A stretch of DNA of 10,016 nt from Chlamydiia bacterium (GCA_049314435.1 JBMOFD010000068.1:1-10016), one strand, 5' to 3'; counted from the first letter of the stretch, positions 1-7,364 are shown. Translations and numbers: made by a program. Notes: generated by a model not told the origin, from the letters alone.

Positions 1-82
1 GGTCTATCCTGTTCGGCCTAGTTCGTTAGTGCAGGGAATTTCCGGCCATGGTCGACCCAGCAATTCTCTCGGACACTGCAGC

Positions 83-406
83 TTACGGGATTTCCGGTTC
101 CGCTGAAGTGGCCGGTCTTACGAACGAGGCCGCTCGCAACGTCTCCGCCAGCCGCGAACAGGCTTCCATTCCCTGCTTGTCTGACTCAGACGGAGAAGAA
201 ACGGTGTAGATTTGAAATCCAATAGGAGAGCGAGGAGCGGTAGGAGAGGTCGCCACGGTGTACCTGTTCGGTAAAGACAACGTAAATGCAGAGTCACTAT
301 AGATCCGCCTAGTTGAGTCTGACAAGCTCCCACTGCTGGCTCTATTGAGCATCGGGTATGGACGCCTCAATGAAAGATCGAGAGTGTGGCTGGTGGTCAT
401 GATCAT
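83..406 (-). CDS. Hypothetical Ser/Thr/Pro-rich protein (107 aa)
   Basis: ORF with an ATG start directly downstream of the AAA ATPase gene on the same strand. Low-complexity S/T/P-rich sequence with no recognisable motif. Confidence 0.4.
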   Translation of the reverse strand: MIMTTSHTLDLSLRRPYPMLNRASSGSLSDSTRRIYSDSAFTLSLPNRYTVATSPTAPRSPIGFQIYTVSSPSESDKQGMEACSRLAETLRAASFVRPATSAEPEIP

Positions 407-411
407 GGCGC

Positions 412-433
412 AGAGTTGGTCGAAACCAACTCT
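412..433. terminator. Stem-loop between the AAA ATPase gene and the 107-aa ORF (possible terminator or RNA stabiliser)
   Basis: Perfect 9-bp inverted repeat AGAGTTGGT-CGAA-ACCAACTCT, with a UUCG loop on the minus-strand RNA, 18 nt after the ATPase stop. No U-tract follows it on the minus strand. Confidence 0.4.
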
Positions 434-451
434 AAAACTGCGGGCAAGCGT

Positions 452-1660
452 CTAGTTTTCACAGGGATGCGGCTCATCCGTATCGGTTGAAATCACAGAG
501 AGACCAGCCTCGTGGTAGGGTCGAACATGGATTCCTCGGATATCATAAGACTCCGCTCCCCCATACCAGACATATCCCTCAGCCATCCGGTCCGCTTTGA
601 CAATCGACCGAAAATATTCCATGTTCTTGAGAAAATCTGCCCGGAACGTTTCTCCTGACTTGATTTCCATTGGTACCAACTGAGATCCCTTGGGCGTCAC
701 GAGATCGATCTCATGCCTTTTACTGTCTTGAAGAAAGTAACAGCGAGGCTCTCGGCCCTGGTTAGTGAAGGCCTTTACGATCTCCATGACGACCAAGTTC
801 TCGAATAGGTTCCCGCGCAGAGGATCACGTTCCAGTTGCGCAGTTGACTCGACACCTAATAGATAGACGGCCAAGCCAACATCGGTGAAATAGAGCTTGG
901 GCGATTTAGTGAGCCTCTTCCCAAAGTTCTCAAAGTAGGGAGGAAGGCGATAGATCAAAAAGGAGGCCTCCAAGACTGATAGCCACGACTTGATGGTCGG
1001 AGATGAGACCCCCACCTCATTAGAGAGCCCTTCCAAGTTCACCAGCTGGCCGACGCGTCCTGCTAGTAGTCGGATGAACTTCTGGAATGAAAGTAGATCG
1101 TGAATTTGCAGAATCTGACGGACATCTCGTTCTACATATGTCTGCAGATAGCTACTATAGGTTTCGCGTGCCTGCAGACGATTCAGGTATAGACCGGGAT
1201 ATCCACCATAAAGCATGGCCTGGTCTGCGTTAAGCCGGATGCCGGCTCTACTAAGCTCCAAAAGACTCAGAGGCAAGAGCTGCAACATAGCCGTCCGCCC
1301 GGCCAGCGATTGAGCAATGGCAGCATGGAGCGATAGCTGATGGCTGCCCGTTAACACAAACCGACCAGGCCGACGATCTTCATCCACCATCACTTGAATG
1401 AAGGAGAGCAACTCCGGAATGCGCTGCACCTCATCAAAAATTGCGCCCCCGGCATGCCGACGCAAAAAGGCTCGAGGATCCAACATTGCGGCTTCCCGCA
1501 CTTCCATCAGTTCAAAATTGACGTAGGTCAAATCCGGAAACATGTGCCGCACAAGGGTGGTCTTTCCCGACTGCCTTGGACCAAGCAAGGTCACGATCGG
1601 AAAATGACGGAATGCCCTCTGCAATGAGGGTTCAATGCTTCGTTCAAAGTAATCAGCCAT
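452..1660 (-). CDS. AAA+ ATPase, AAA_14 + DUF4143 family (about 402 aa)
   Basis: Walker A GPRQSGKT, Walker B IFDEVQ, LTGS, and an HTH-like segment (LSNEVGVSSPTIKSWLSVL). DUF4143 hallmarks KSPKLYFTDVGL, GNLFENLV, and EIDL...EIKS (PD-(D/E)xK-like). ATG at 1660 (MADYFERSI) fits the family N-terminus better than the longer ORF start at 1711. Confidence 0.9.
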   Translation of the reverse strand: MADYFERSIEPSLQRAFRHFPIVTLLGPRQSGKTTLVRHMFPDLTYVNFELMEVREAAMLDPRAFLRRHAGGAIFDEVQRIPELLSFIQVMVDEDRRPGRFVLTGSHQLSLHAAIAQSLAGRTAMLQLLPLSLLELSRAGIRLNADQAMLYGGYPGLYLNRLQARETYSSYLQTYVERDVRQILQIHDLLSFQKFIRLLAGRVGQLVNLEGLSNEVGVSSPTIKSWLSVLEASFLIYRLPPYFENFGKRLTKSPKLYFTDVGLAVYLLGVESTAQLERDPLRGNLFENLVVMEIVKAFTNQGREPRCYFLQDSKRHEIDLVTPKGSQLVPMEIKSGETFRADFLKNMEYFRSIVKADRMAEGYVWYGGAESYDIRGIHVRPYHEAGLSVISTDTDEPHPCEN

Positions 1661-1684
1661 AGCGCATTCCCAAAGTATGACTTT

Positions 1685-1713
1685 AGAATAGCGCGAGGCC
1701 GCCCAAGACACAA
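1685..1713 (-). promoter_or_regulatory. Putative sigma70/sigma66 promoter of the AAA ATPase gene
   Basis: Minus strand TTGTGT-N17-TATTCT, 24 nt upstream of the ATG at 1660. A small palindrome AAAGT-ATG-ACTTT (1672-1684) follows it. Confidence 0.3.
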
Positions 1714-1833
1714 CTTTGCGCGTCAGGGAATCGCTGCCACCAAATGACGAAGGGCCCGCTCTGCCAGAATATTTCCCATTTCACAGGTGGGGCGGGGTCA
1801 ATTGAGCCCTCGTTCAGAAGCATCTGATCTGGC

Positions 1834-2760
1834 ATGCTAGATGGCATGGCTACTGCAGAACTTCTTTTTATTGAACAACATGAGGAGCGGCTTGACCGCT
1901 GGATCGTAGGGCGCTTCCCTGAAGTCACCCGTACGACTGTCCAGCGCTGGATCGAGCAGGGCCTTGTCTTGGTCAATGGCGAAGTGGTCAAGAAGAGATA
2001 CAAGCCGGAGCCGGGCGATGAGGTCCAGATCCAGTTTGCTCCCCCGCCGGAGCTCTGCCTCACTCCCGAACCTATGGCGCTCGATATCCTCTACGAGGAT
2101 GACGCCCTACTAGTGTTACATAAGCCAGCTGGCCTGGTCGTCCACCCGGGAGCTGGCAACGCATCGGGGACGCTTGTCAACGGACTGCTCCACCACTGCC
2201 AGAAACTTCCTGCCGCGGGCGTTCGACCAGGACTCGTCCACCGTCTAGACAAGGATACCTCTGGTGTCCTCGTCGTCGCGAAGACGCCTGAAAGTCACCT
2301 AGCTCTCGTGCGTCAGTTCGCTGAACGAGAGGTCCAAAAGACGTACTTGGCAGTGTGCCACGGCACGCCCCCGACCTCTTCGTGCAATGAACCGATCGGG
2401 CGCGATCCTCGGCATCGCCAAAGGATGGCAGCGGTCCCCACGGGCAAGGCAGCTGAAACGAGCTGGCGCATCCTTGGCACAGACCGAGGACTGTCTCTTC
2501 TAGAGGTGCATCCCAAAACAGGACGCACCCATCAGATCCGCGTGCATCTCCAATGGGCAGGCTGCCCGATCCTGGGAGATAGCTCCTATACCTTCTCGGG
2601 ACTCCAGGCGACCGCCGAGCAACAACCGAGACACTGGTTGCATGCTAGCCGACTCTCCTTCTCCCATCCCTCGACTGGGGAACGCCTCACCTTCCAAGCG
2701 CCTCCTCCCGCAGCACTTTTGGAGATGCTGCCTCCGGCTCTAGCCACCCTTCTCACTTGA
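1834..2760 (+). CDS. rluD: RluA/RluD-family 23S rRNA pseudouridine synthase with N-terminal S4 domain
   Basis: S4 motif RLDRWI...RTTVQRWIEQGLVLVNG, plus KPAGLVVHP, catalytic HRLDKDTSG, TGRTHQIRVH, and the LHA..L.F.HP C-terminus. The start may be 1846. Confidence 0.93.
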   Translation: MLDGMATAELLFIEQHEERLDRWIVGRFPEVTRTTVQRWIEQGLVLVNGEVVKKRYKPEPGDEVQIQFAPPPELCLTPEPMALDILYEDDALLVLHKPAGLVVHPGAGNASGTLVNGLLHHCQKLPAAGVRPGLVHRLDKDTSGVLVVAKTPESHLALVRQFAEREVQKTYLAVCHGTPPTSSCNEPIGRDPRHRQRMAAVPTGKAAETSWRILGTDRGLSLLEVHPKTGRTHQIRVHLQWAGCPILGDSSYTFSGLQATAEQQPRHWLHASRLSFSHPSTGERLTFQAPPPAALLEMLPPALATLLT

Positions 2761-2940
2761 CCCAATCGACAACTCCTACGAACGCCAAGTCCGTTATACG
2801 CAACACCTCGTGTCAGAAAAAATGAATGACCCTAGAGTGTTATTGTTTAACCGTATTATCATGTACGAAGGAGCTGTGCCCGCTATGGAAAACCATGCTC
2901 CCCTAATGCACCAACAATGCAACCGTAAAGCACTCAGACC

Positions 2941-3195
2941 ATGAAAGAGTTTGTCGAATACATCGTTAAGAATCTCGTCGACCATCCAGAGCTGGTAAAG
3001 ATTACAGAGATCCAAGGAACGAACACCGTCATTTTGGAGCTTAGCTGCGATCCTTCCGACATCGGTAAGATCATTGGCAAGGCGGGCAAGACGATCAATG
3101 CCATCCGTGGCCTTCTGATGGCCGTGGCTAGTCGCAATGGCATCCGCGTGAACCTCGAGATCCTTGAAGACGGTCAGCGTCGTAAAGAGGCCTAG
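2941..3195 (+). CDS. khpA: KH-domain RNA-binding protein (KhpA/UPF0109 family)
   Basis: 84 aa with IVKNLVDHP and the KH GxxG loop DIGKIIGKAGKTINAIR. From recall, it resembles the chlamydial protein encoded downstream of rluD. Confidence 0.92.
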   Translation: MKEFVEYIVKNLVDHPELVKITEIQGTNTVILELSCDPSDIGKIIGKAGKTINAIRGLLMAVASRNGIRVNLEILEDGQRRKEA

Positions 3196-5780
3196 CCGTT
3201 TCCCTGCCTTGGTAGGTTGGGAGAGATCGTTCCCTTCCTAGAATTGAGAAGGGAAGGCGGGTAGCGCAGGATCAACATGGTGGAAGCGAGGTCGGCTCGC
3301 ACCTCCTCCATGGGGACACCGGGCATGGCCTCTTCTACGATTCTGTGCAGGCCAGTCGAGGCTGGTCCCAGAAGGATGATCTTCAAGGGAGCCACTCCGG
3401 CTAACGGACCTCGATAGAGGTTCGAGAGGAAGACGCGCAGGTGGACTCGGGAGGCCTGCGGCGGCGGCGTCCAGATCCAGAGTTCATCCTGATGACCAGG
3501 AGGCATCACCGCCTTCTCACCATCCCCGGTCACGGTGATGGTGCTGATCATGTGCACATACAGGTCGATCTCCGGCCTCTGCTTGAACATCTCCTTAGAG
3601 ATCTGCTGCCATGCTTTACGCAGAGCCTCTGCCACCGTGTTATATTCAGGGATGTTCCCAGCAAAGAGCTTGAGTTGCGAAACAGCCGCGCAGTTGTTCT
3701 GGATCTTCAGATCTCGGAAGCAGTTGGAGGACATTCCTCTGGCCGCCAGCTCCAAGTGACGATTCACACCCTCTTCCTTAGCCTGATAGACCGTGTCGAT
3801 CCACTGCTGCAAGCGGGTGTGGCGCAAAAGACGTGCGGCCGCTTCTAAGCAGCCTGGCTGATCGCACGAGCAGTCACAGAAGTTTAACTCCTCCCTCTCC
3901 TCGCCATGATCCAAACTCTCCAGAAGATTGAGCAGATCGGCCACCACCTGGACGTCTCGCCAGGAGACCTTCGAGAGTAGATCGGTATCATCCAGAATCG
4001 CGAAGATCAGATAGACCGCCTCCCACCATTGCCGTTCAGGCGCGACCCAGATGCCCTTTAGCTGAGCGGCATCAAGACGATGGAGTAGGCGTCTGCGGAT
4101 CCGCAGGCTCTTGGGAGAAGAGTCCCTCTCCAAACGCTGCAGCTGCTCCTGGATCGAAGCCACACTCCACCCCCCACTCGCATAGGGGCCTTGCATATCG
4201 AGCATCTGCTCAGCGACCAGGGTGTTCGCAGCCTGCACATCTGCCAAGTAGATCGTAGGCGGTCTCTGGGTTGTCAGGGAGGTCTTGTGGTGGTCGATGC
4301 AAGAGACGAGCTCTAGGTAGGAGGGAATGCTCACCTCTTCACGATTGCTGAAGTCGCGCAGCGTCACCGTCCCCAAAATGGGGTTGCGTAGATCCTGAGC
4401 CATCACCAGTCCCTCTGGCAGCACCCCATGGATACCATCAGACACGATGACCATCAGAGCAGAATGGTCCTGCAACTTGGTGCGCATCTCCTCCACATCC
4501 GCGCCCACACCAACCCACTGATCAGTTCGATGTAGGATCTCTCGTTTGATTTTCAGGGCGGTGTCGACGCGTTCCAGCAGTTGCCAAAGGGCTTCATTCA
4601 GTCCGGTGAGCTGATGAGAGACCTGAGCCAGCTCCTTAAACGCATCGGCGCGCGTCAACTCAAAGCCGAACTGTTGGAGCAGCCCACTTTGAAGCGGGAT
4701 ATTGAGCCCCTGCAGGGCCGTAGGCCACTCTCTGATCGGTGTCTTCAATCCAGAGGGCAGGGCCAGAACCAGAGCCGCTACCTGAGCCATCTGCTGCTGT
4801 TGAACCTCTGAGAAGTAGCGGAACGGTTCCGCTTGCTCGATGCAGAGGTCTCTGAGGCCGCTCAAAAGGTTATTCAGTTCGGGTGCTTTGGGATCGGGCG
4901 TGGCGTAGAAATCGATCAGTGTCTGTTCGATATGGCGCTCCATCCAGCGCAGACAGCTCATGATCGGGTTGGTGATCTGTCGTACACCCTCGACGTCTGA
5001 GGGTCGTAGCTCGCCCACCACATGGCCTTGACCATCCACCACGGCCGCCATAGGCAACCCAGTGTCCAGTTGATGAAGAGTCTCATCCAGTTTGACCACC
5101 GGGAGCGGTTGAGCGGCCAGCAGGTCAAATGCCGTTAGTGCTAGAGCCGATCGAGCCTTCGGAGACTCAAAGATCTGGCTTCCAAAGAGCAGCTGAAAGA
5201 GGAGCTGCACCTCTTCTAGATCAGGCAGTCCCCCAGGTACGTTCCAGTGATGCAATCGACGACTGGTAGGTGCCGCAAAGGCATCGCACCAGCCCCAAAA
5301 GCTGGCCATCGTCGTGTCGAGGTCTGGGGAACTGTGAGCGGTGACGATGTGTGATCCGGGTAACACTCGATCCTGCCCCACAGGGAAGAGAGCCTGATAG
5401 ACACTCCTTGGCAGGAGCTGCCCCATGATCTTCCCACGAACGATACGCTGGTCGGCCATAGAACAGCCGGAAGCGCGCTCCAACCACGACTCGAAGCTAG
5501 AGATCTGGTACTGCAGGGGTGTAGCCCAGCCCTGCTCATTCACATGAGCAATCCAGCGCATGACGGCCGGCAAAAGGAACTTTCCATCAGGGGCGGTCTC
5601 GATTTGCTGGAGAAGATCGCGACCCAAGAGTTCGAGACGCTCATGCAACGATCGACCGCTATAGGCAGCATCGATGGAGGGCGGCTTAAACGAGACAAGG
5701 GTTTGGATCCACGGCGTGAACCCACATCGATCTGAGGCATCCATGATTCGGAGCCTAGCAACGCTTAGGTTCGAAGGCAA
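3192..5780 (-). CDS. Large DHH/DHHA2-family phosphoesterase; divergent family II Mn-dependent inorganic pyrophosphatase-like protein with CBS-like insert
   Basis: Motifs in family II PPase order: AHSSPDLD (HxxPDxD), two CBS-like segments, LRDFSN (DHNE position), CIDHH, AILDDT, RDLK, and C-terminal SRKGTISPNL (SRKK position). The start is uncertain: TTG at 5780 abuts the tRNA, and ATG at 5744 is an alternative. Confidence 0.75.
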   Translation of the reverse strand: MPSNLSVARLRIMDASDRCGFTPWIQTLVSFKPPSIDAAYSGRSLHERLELLGRDLLQQIETAPDGKFLLPAVMRWIAHVNEQGWATPLQYQISSFESWLERASGCSMADQRIVRGKIMGQLLPRSVYQALFPVGQDRVLPGSHIVTAHSSPDLDTTMASFWGWCDAFAAPTSRRLHHWNVPGGLPDLEEVQLLFQLLFGSQIFESPKARSALALTAFDLLAAQPLPVVKLDETLHQLDTGLPMAAVVDGQGHVVGELRPSDVEGVRQITNPIMSCLRWMERHIEQTLIDFYATPDPKAPELNNLLSGLRDLCIEQAEPFRYFSEVQQQQMAQVAALVLALPSGLKTPIREWPTALQGLNIPLQSGLLQQFGFELTRADAFKELAQVSHQLTGLNEALWQLLERVDTALKIKREILHRTDQWVGVGADVEEMRTKLQDHSALMVIVSDGIHGVLPEGLVMAQDLRNPILGTVTLRDFSNREEVSIPSYLELVSCIDHHKTSLTTQRPPTIYLADVQAANTLVAEQMLDMQGPYASGGWSVASIQEQLQRLERDSSPKSLRIRRRLLHRLDAAQLKGIWVAPERQWWEAVYLIFAILDDTDLLSKVSWRDVQVVADLLNLLESLDHGEEREELNFCDCSCDQPGCLEAAARLLRHTRLQQWIDTVYQAKEEGVNRHLELAARGMSSNCFRDLKIQNNCAAVSQLKLFAGNIPEYNTVAEALRKAWQQISKEMFKQRPEIDLYVHMISTITVTGDGEKAVMPPGHQDELWIWTPPPQASRVHLRVFLSNLYRGPLAGVAPLKIILLGPASTGLHRIVEEAMPGVPMEEVRADLASTMLILRYPPSLLNSRKGTISPNLPRQGNG

Positions 5781-5785
5781 GAGAT

Positions 5786-5859
5786 CGGACTGAGCAGGAC
5801 TCGAACCTGCGACCGCCCGCTTAGAAGGCGGGTGCTCTATCCGGCTGAGCTATCAGTCC
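5786..5859 (-). tRNA. tRNA-Arg (anticodon UCU)
   Basis: Minus strand reads GGACTGA-TAGCTCAGCCGGATAGAGCA-CCCGC-CTTCTAA-GCGGG-CGGTC-GCAGG-TTCGAGT-CCTGC-TCAGTCC-G. This folds into a full cloverleaf. CCA is not encoded. Confidence 0.97.
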
Positions 5860-5880
5860 AACGGCCAATCGACAACAGCT

Positions 5881-5909
5881 ATTCTACCCATGCACTCTTT
5901 CTCTTGCAT
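5881..5909 (-). promoter_or_regulatory. Putative sigma70-type promoter for tRNA-Arg
   Basis: Minus strand ATGCAA-N17-TAGAAT, 21 nt upstream of the tRNA 5' end. Confidence 0.45.
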
Positions 5910-5963
5910 GGAGAAAACTCAACCGCAGTACACTCTCCCCTCCACTCGTTTCTGAATTTATTC

Positions 5964-6467
5964 ATGCACACAGCATTGATTGCACTGGGGGCCAATCTCG
6001 GCGATCCCCTCGCTACCCTTCAGCGGGCCATCGATCGACTCTCCAGAGATCGCCACGTGCATTCGTGGCGATGCAGTGATCTCTATTGCACCTCACCAGT
6101 CAGTTCGATCCCTCAATCCAACTACTGGAATGGCGTCCTGCTCCTGAGAACACGCGAGCCTCCATGGATGCTCTTCTCCCGACTGAAACGAGTGGAGAGG
6201 TTTTTGGGCAGGACCCGTCCTAAGCAACGAGATGTTGCCCGCCATGTCGACCTCGACTTCCTCTGGTCCTCCCAGCTGACTAGCAAGACCCCCTATCTGC
6301 AGCTCCCCCACCCCAGGATGCTGGAGCGGCGCTTTGTCTTGGTTCCTCTCCTCGAGCTGGTCCCCGCCCTGCCTGGTCTGCCCTCGCTACAAGACGCTTT
6401 AGCTGCCTGCCCCTCTGAGCAGCGGATCTTGGATCGACATCGACTGGGCAAGAAAAAGGCACCCTAG
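5964..6467 (+). CDS. folK: 2-amino-4-hydroxy-6-hydroxymethyldihydropteridine diphosphokinase (HPPK)
   Basis: IALGANLGD, S.LY.T.P, YWNGV, LKRVE..LGR, RHVDLDFL and LPHPRMLERRFVLVPL. The start is set at ATG 5964 because the ORF-track start at 5832 overlaps the tRNA. Confidence 0.93.
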   Translation: MHTALIALGANLGDPLATLQRAIDRLSRDRHVHSWRCSDLYCTSPVSSIPQSNYWNGVLLLRTREPPWMLFSRLKRVERFLGRTRPKQRDVARHVDLDFLWSSQLTSKTPYLQLPHPRMLERRFVLVPLLELVPALPGLPSLQDALAACPSEQRILDRHRLGKKKAP

Positions 6468-6495
6468 GGAAGAGAACTCTCTTCCCTAGGGTGCC
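6450..6495 (-). terminator. Rho-independent terminator between the convergent folK and Cys-rich genes
   Basis: Perfect inverted repeat GGCACCCTAGGGAAGAGA (6458-6475) / TCTCTTCCCTAGGGTGCC (6478-6495), followed on the minus strand by TTTTTCTT. It overlaps the folK stop codon. Confidence 0.85.
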
Positions 6496-6548
6496 CGTAA
6501 TGGGCGAGGCCTAGGAACCTCACCTCATAGCACTAGACCAAGGTCGGA

Positions 6549-6740
6549 CTACTGAGATTTTTTGGTACCGCAACAGCCCTTGCTACAGGTGCAGTTGGCG
6601 CACTTCTTCTCTCGGCAGCTCTTGTCTTGGCATTTTGAAGGGTCACATGGGCCCTGTTGAGCCTTGTTCTGGGAATGCCCCACTTCGCAAGCTTGCTTGC
6701 CGTGGTGCTGCTTGAGTTGGCCTTGTTTCTTTTCCATCAT
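6549..6740 (-). CDS. Small Cys/His/Lys-rich protein, metallothionein-like (about 62-67 aa)
   Basis: 9 Cys and 3 His, with C-terminal KCANCTCSKGCC and no aromatic residues. GAGGAA RBS (6745-6750) precedes ATG 6740/6737, and a strong terminator follows. Confidence 0.65.
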   Translation of the reverse strand: MMEKKQGQLKQHHGKQACEVGHSQNKAQQGPCDPSKCQDKSCREKKCANCTCSKGCCGTKKSQ

Positions 6741-6758
6741 CAAATTCCTCATGAGATT

Positions 6759-6782
6759 GGGGGTCAGATAGATCCGACCCCC
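6759..6782 (-). promoter_or_regulatory. GC-rich stem-loop upstream of the Cys-rich gene
   Basis: Minus-strand RNA GGGGGUCGGA-UCUA-UCUGACCCCC (10 bp with one G-U pair), 8 nt before the RBS. No U-tract. Confidence 0.45.
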
Positions 6783-6836
6783 TAAGCTCTTCTAACTCAA
6801 TGATTTATTATTTTATTCGTAGACAGGGCTCGCGTG

Positions 6837-7364
6837 TCAGTTCACGGCGACTGCTTCTCCGTGCTGAACTTCTTGATTCCGCATGATAGGTCGTCCCGGT
6901 GGCGGCGGAGTTACCTCGCCTGTGAAGATCGTGCGTATCGCCAACCCGGCCAGTCTAGCCATCGCAAGCGCGCCTATGGTGATCACTAACGGCATCAAAG
7001 TGGGCCCCAAAGCGAGCGTTCCTTTGGCAACTAAAAGAAGGCCTGGGGTTGCCCACTGGACGGCGGTAGGTATGAACGCAGGATCGGTCACTACAAGTTC
7101 AGCCACCTTGAGGAGGGCAACAATGCCCAGTGCATCCCGAAGAACCTCAAACGACGTCCCTAGGCTCTTGCCCAAGGTGGTGGCTCCGTCACACGGCGCG
7201 GCAGTGGCCATGGTGTAGATGGCCGTCATGGCCATCGCTACCATCATGAGTGAGGCTGGCAGCGGCGCATAGGAGGCGATAGCACGTGCGGCAGATATGC
7301 TGACTCCAGTTGCCAGCATTCCACAAATTTTACTTGAATTACTAGGAGCTACTCCTGCATTCAT
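6837..7364 (-). CDS. Hypothetical hydrophobic membrane protein (175 aa)
   Basis: GGAG RBS 7 nt before the ATG, long Ala/Leu/Met-rich hydrophobic stretches, and a Pro-rich polar C-terminal tail. No recognisable family. Confidence 0.65.
   Translation of the reverse strand: MNAGVAPSNSSKICGMLATGVSISAARAIASYAPLPASLMMVAMAMTAIYTMATAAPCDGATTLGKSLGTSFEVLRDALGIVALLKVAELVVTDPAFIPTAVQWATPGLLLVAKGTLALGPTLMPLVITIGALAMARLAGLAIRTIFTGEVTPPPPGRPIMRNQEVQHGEAVAVN

Noticed and set aside
2870..2901. khpA leader hairpin (GGAGC...ATGG-AAAA-CCAT-GCTCC)
   Set aside because: It is short with a large bulge and cannot be distinguished from chance without comparative data.
1683..3143. Minus-strand ORFs 1683-2063, 2313-2528, 2500-2697, 2794-3015 and 2934-3143
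   Set aside because: These are antisense shadows of rluD and khpA with no motifs.
3441..5761. Short ORFs nested in or antisense to the PPase-like gene
   Set aside because: They are fully overlapped by a long motif-bearing CDS and have no independent support.
5832..5963. N-terminal extension of folK in the ORF track
   Set aside because: It overlaps tRNA-Arg and its promoter. HPPK similarity begins at ATG 5964.
6549..6752. Small Cys-rich protein as chlamydial OmcA
   Set aside because: It has no signal peptide or lipobox, and there is no adjacent omcB.
7340..7348. Extra TACTAGGAG half-site inside the membrane-protein gene
   Set aside because: It is a single 8-bp match in CTAG-rich DNA and could be chance.
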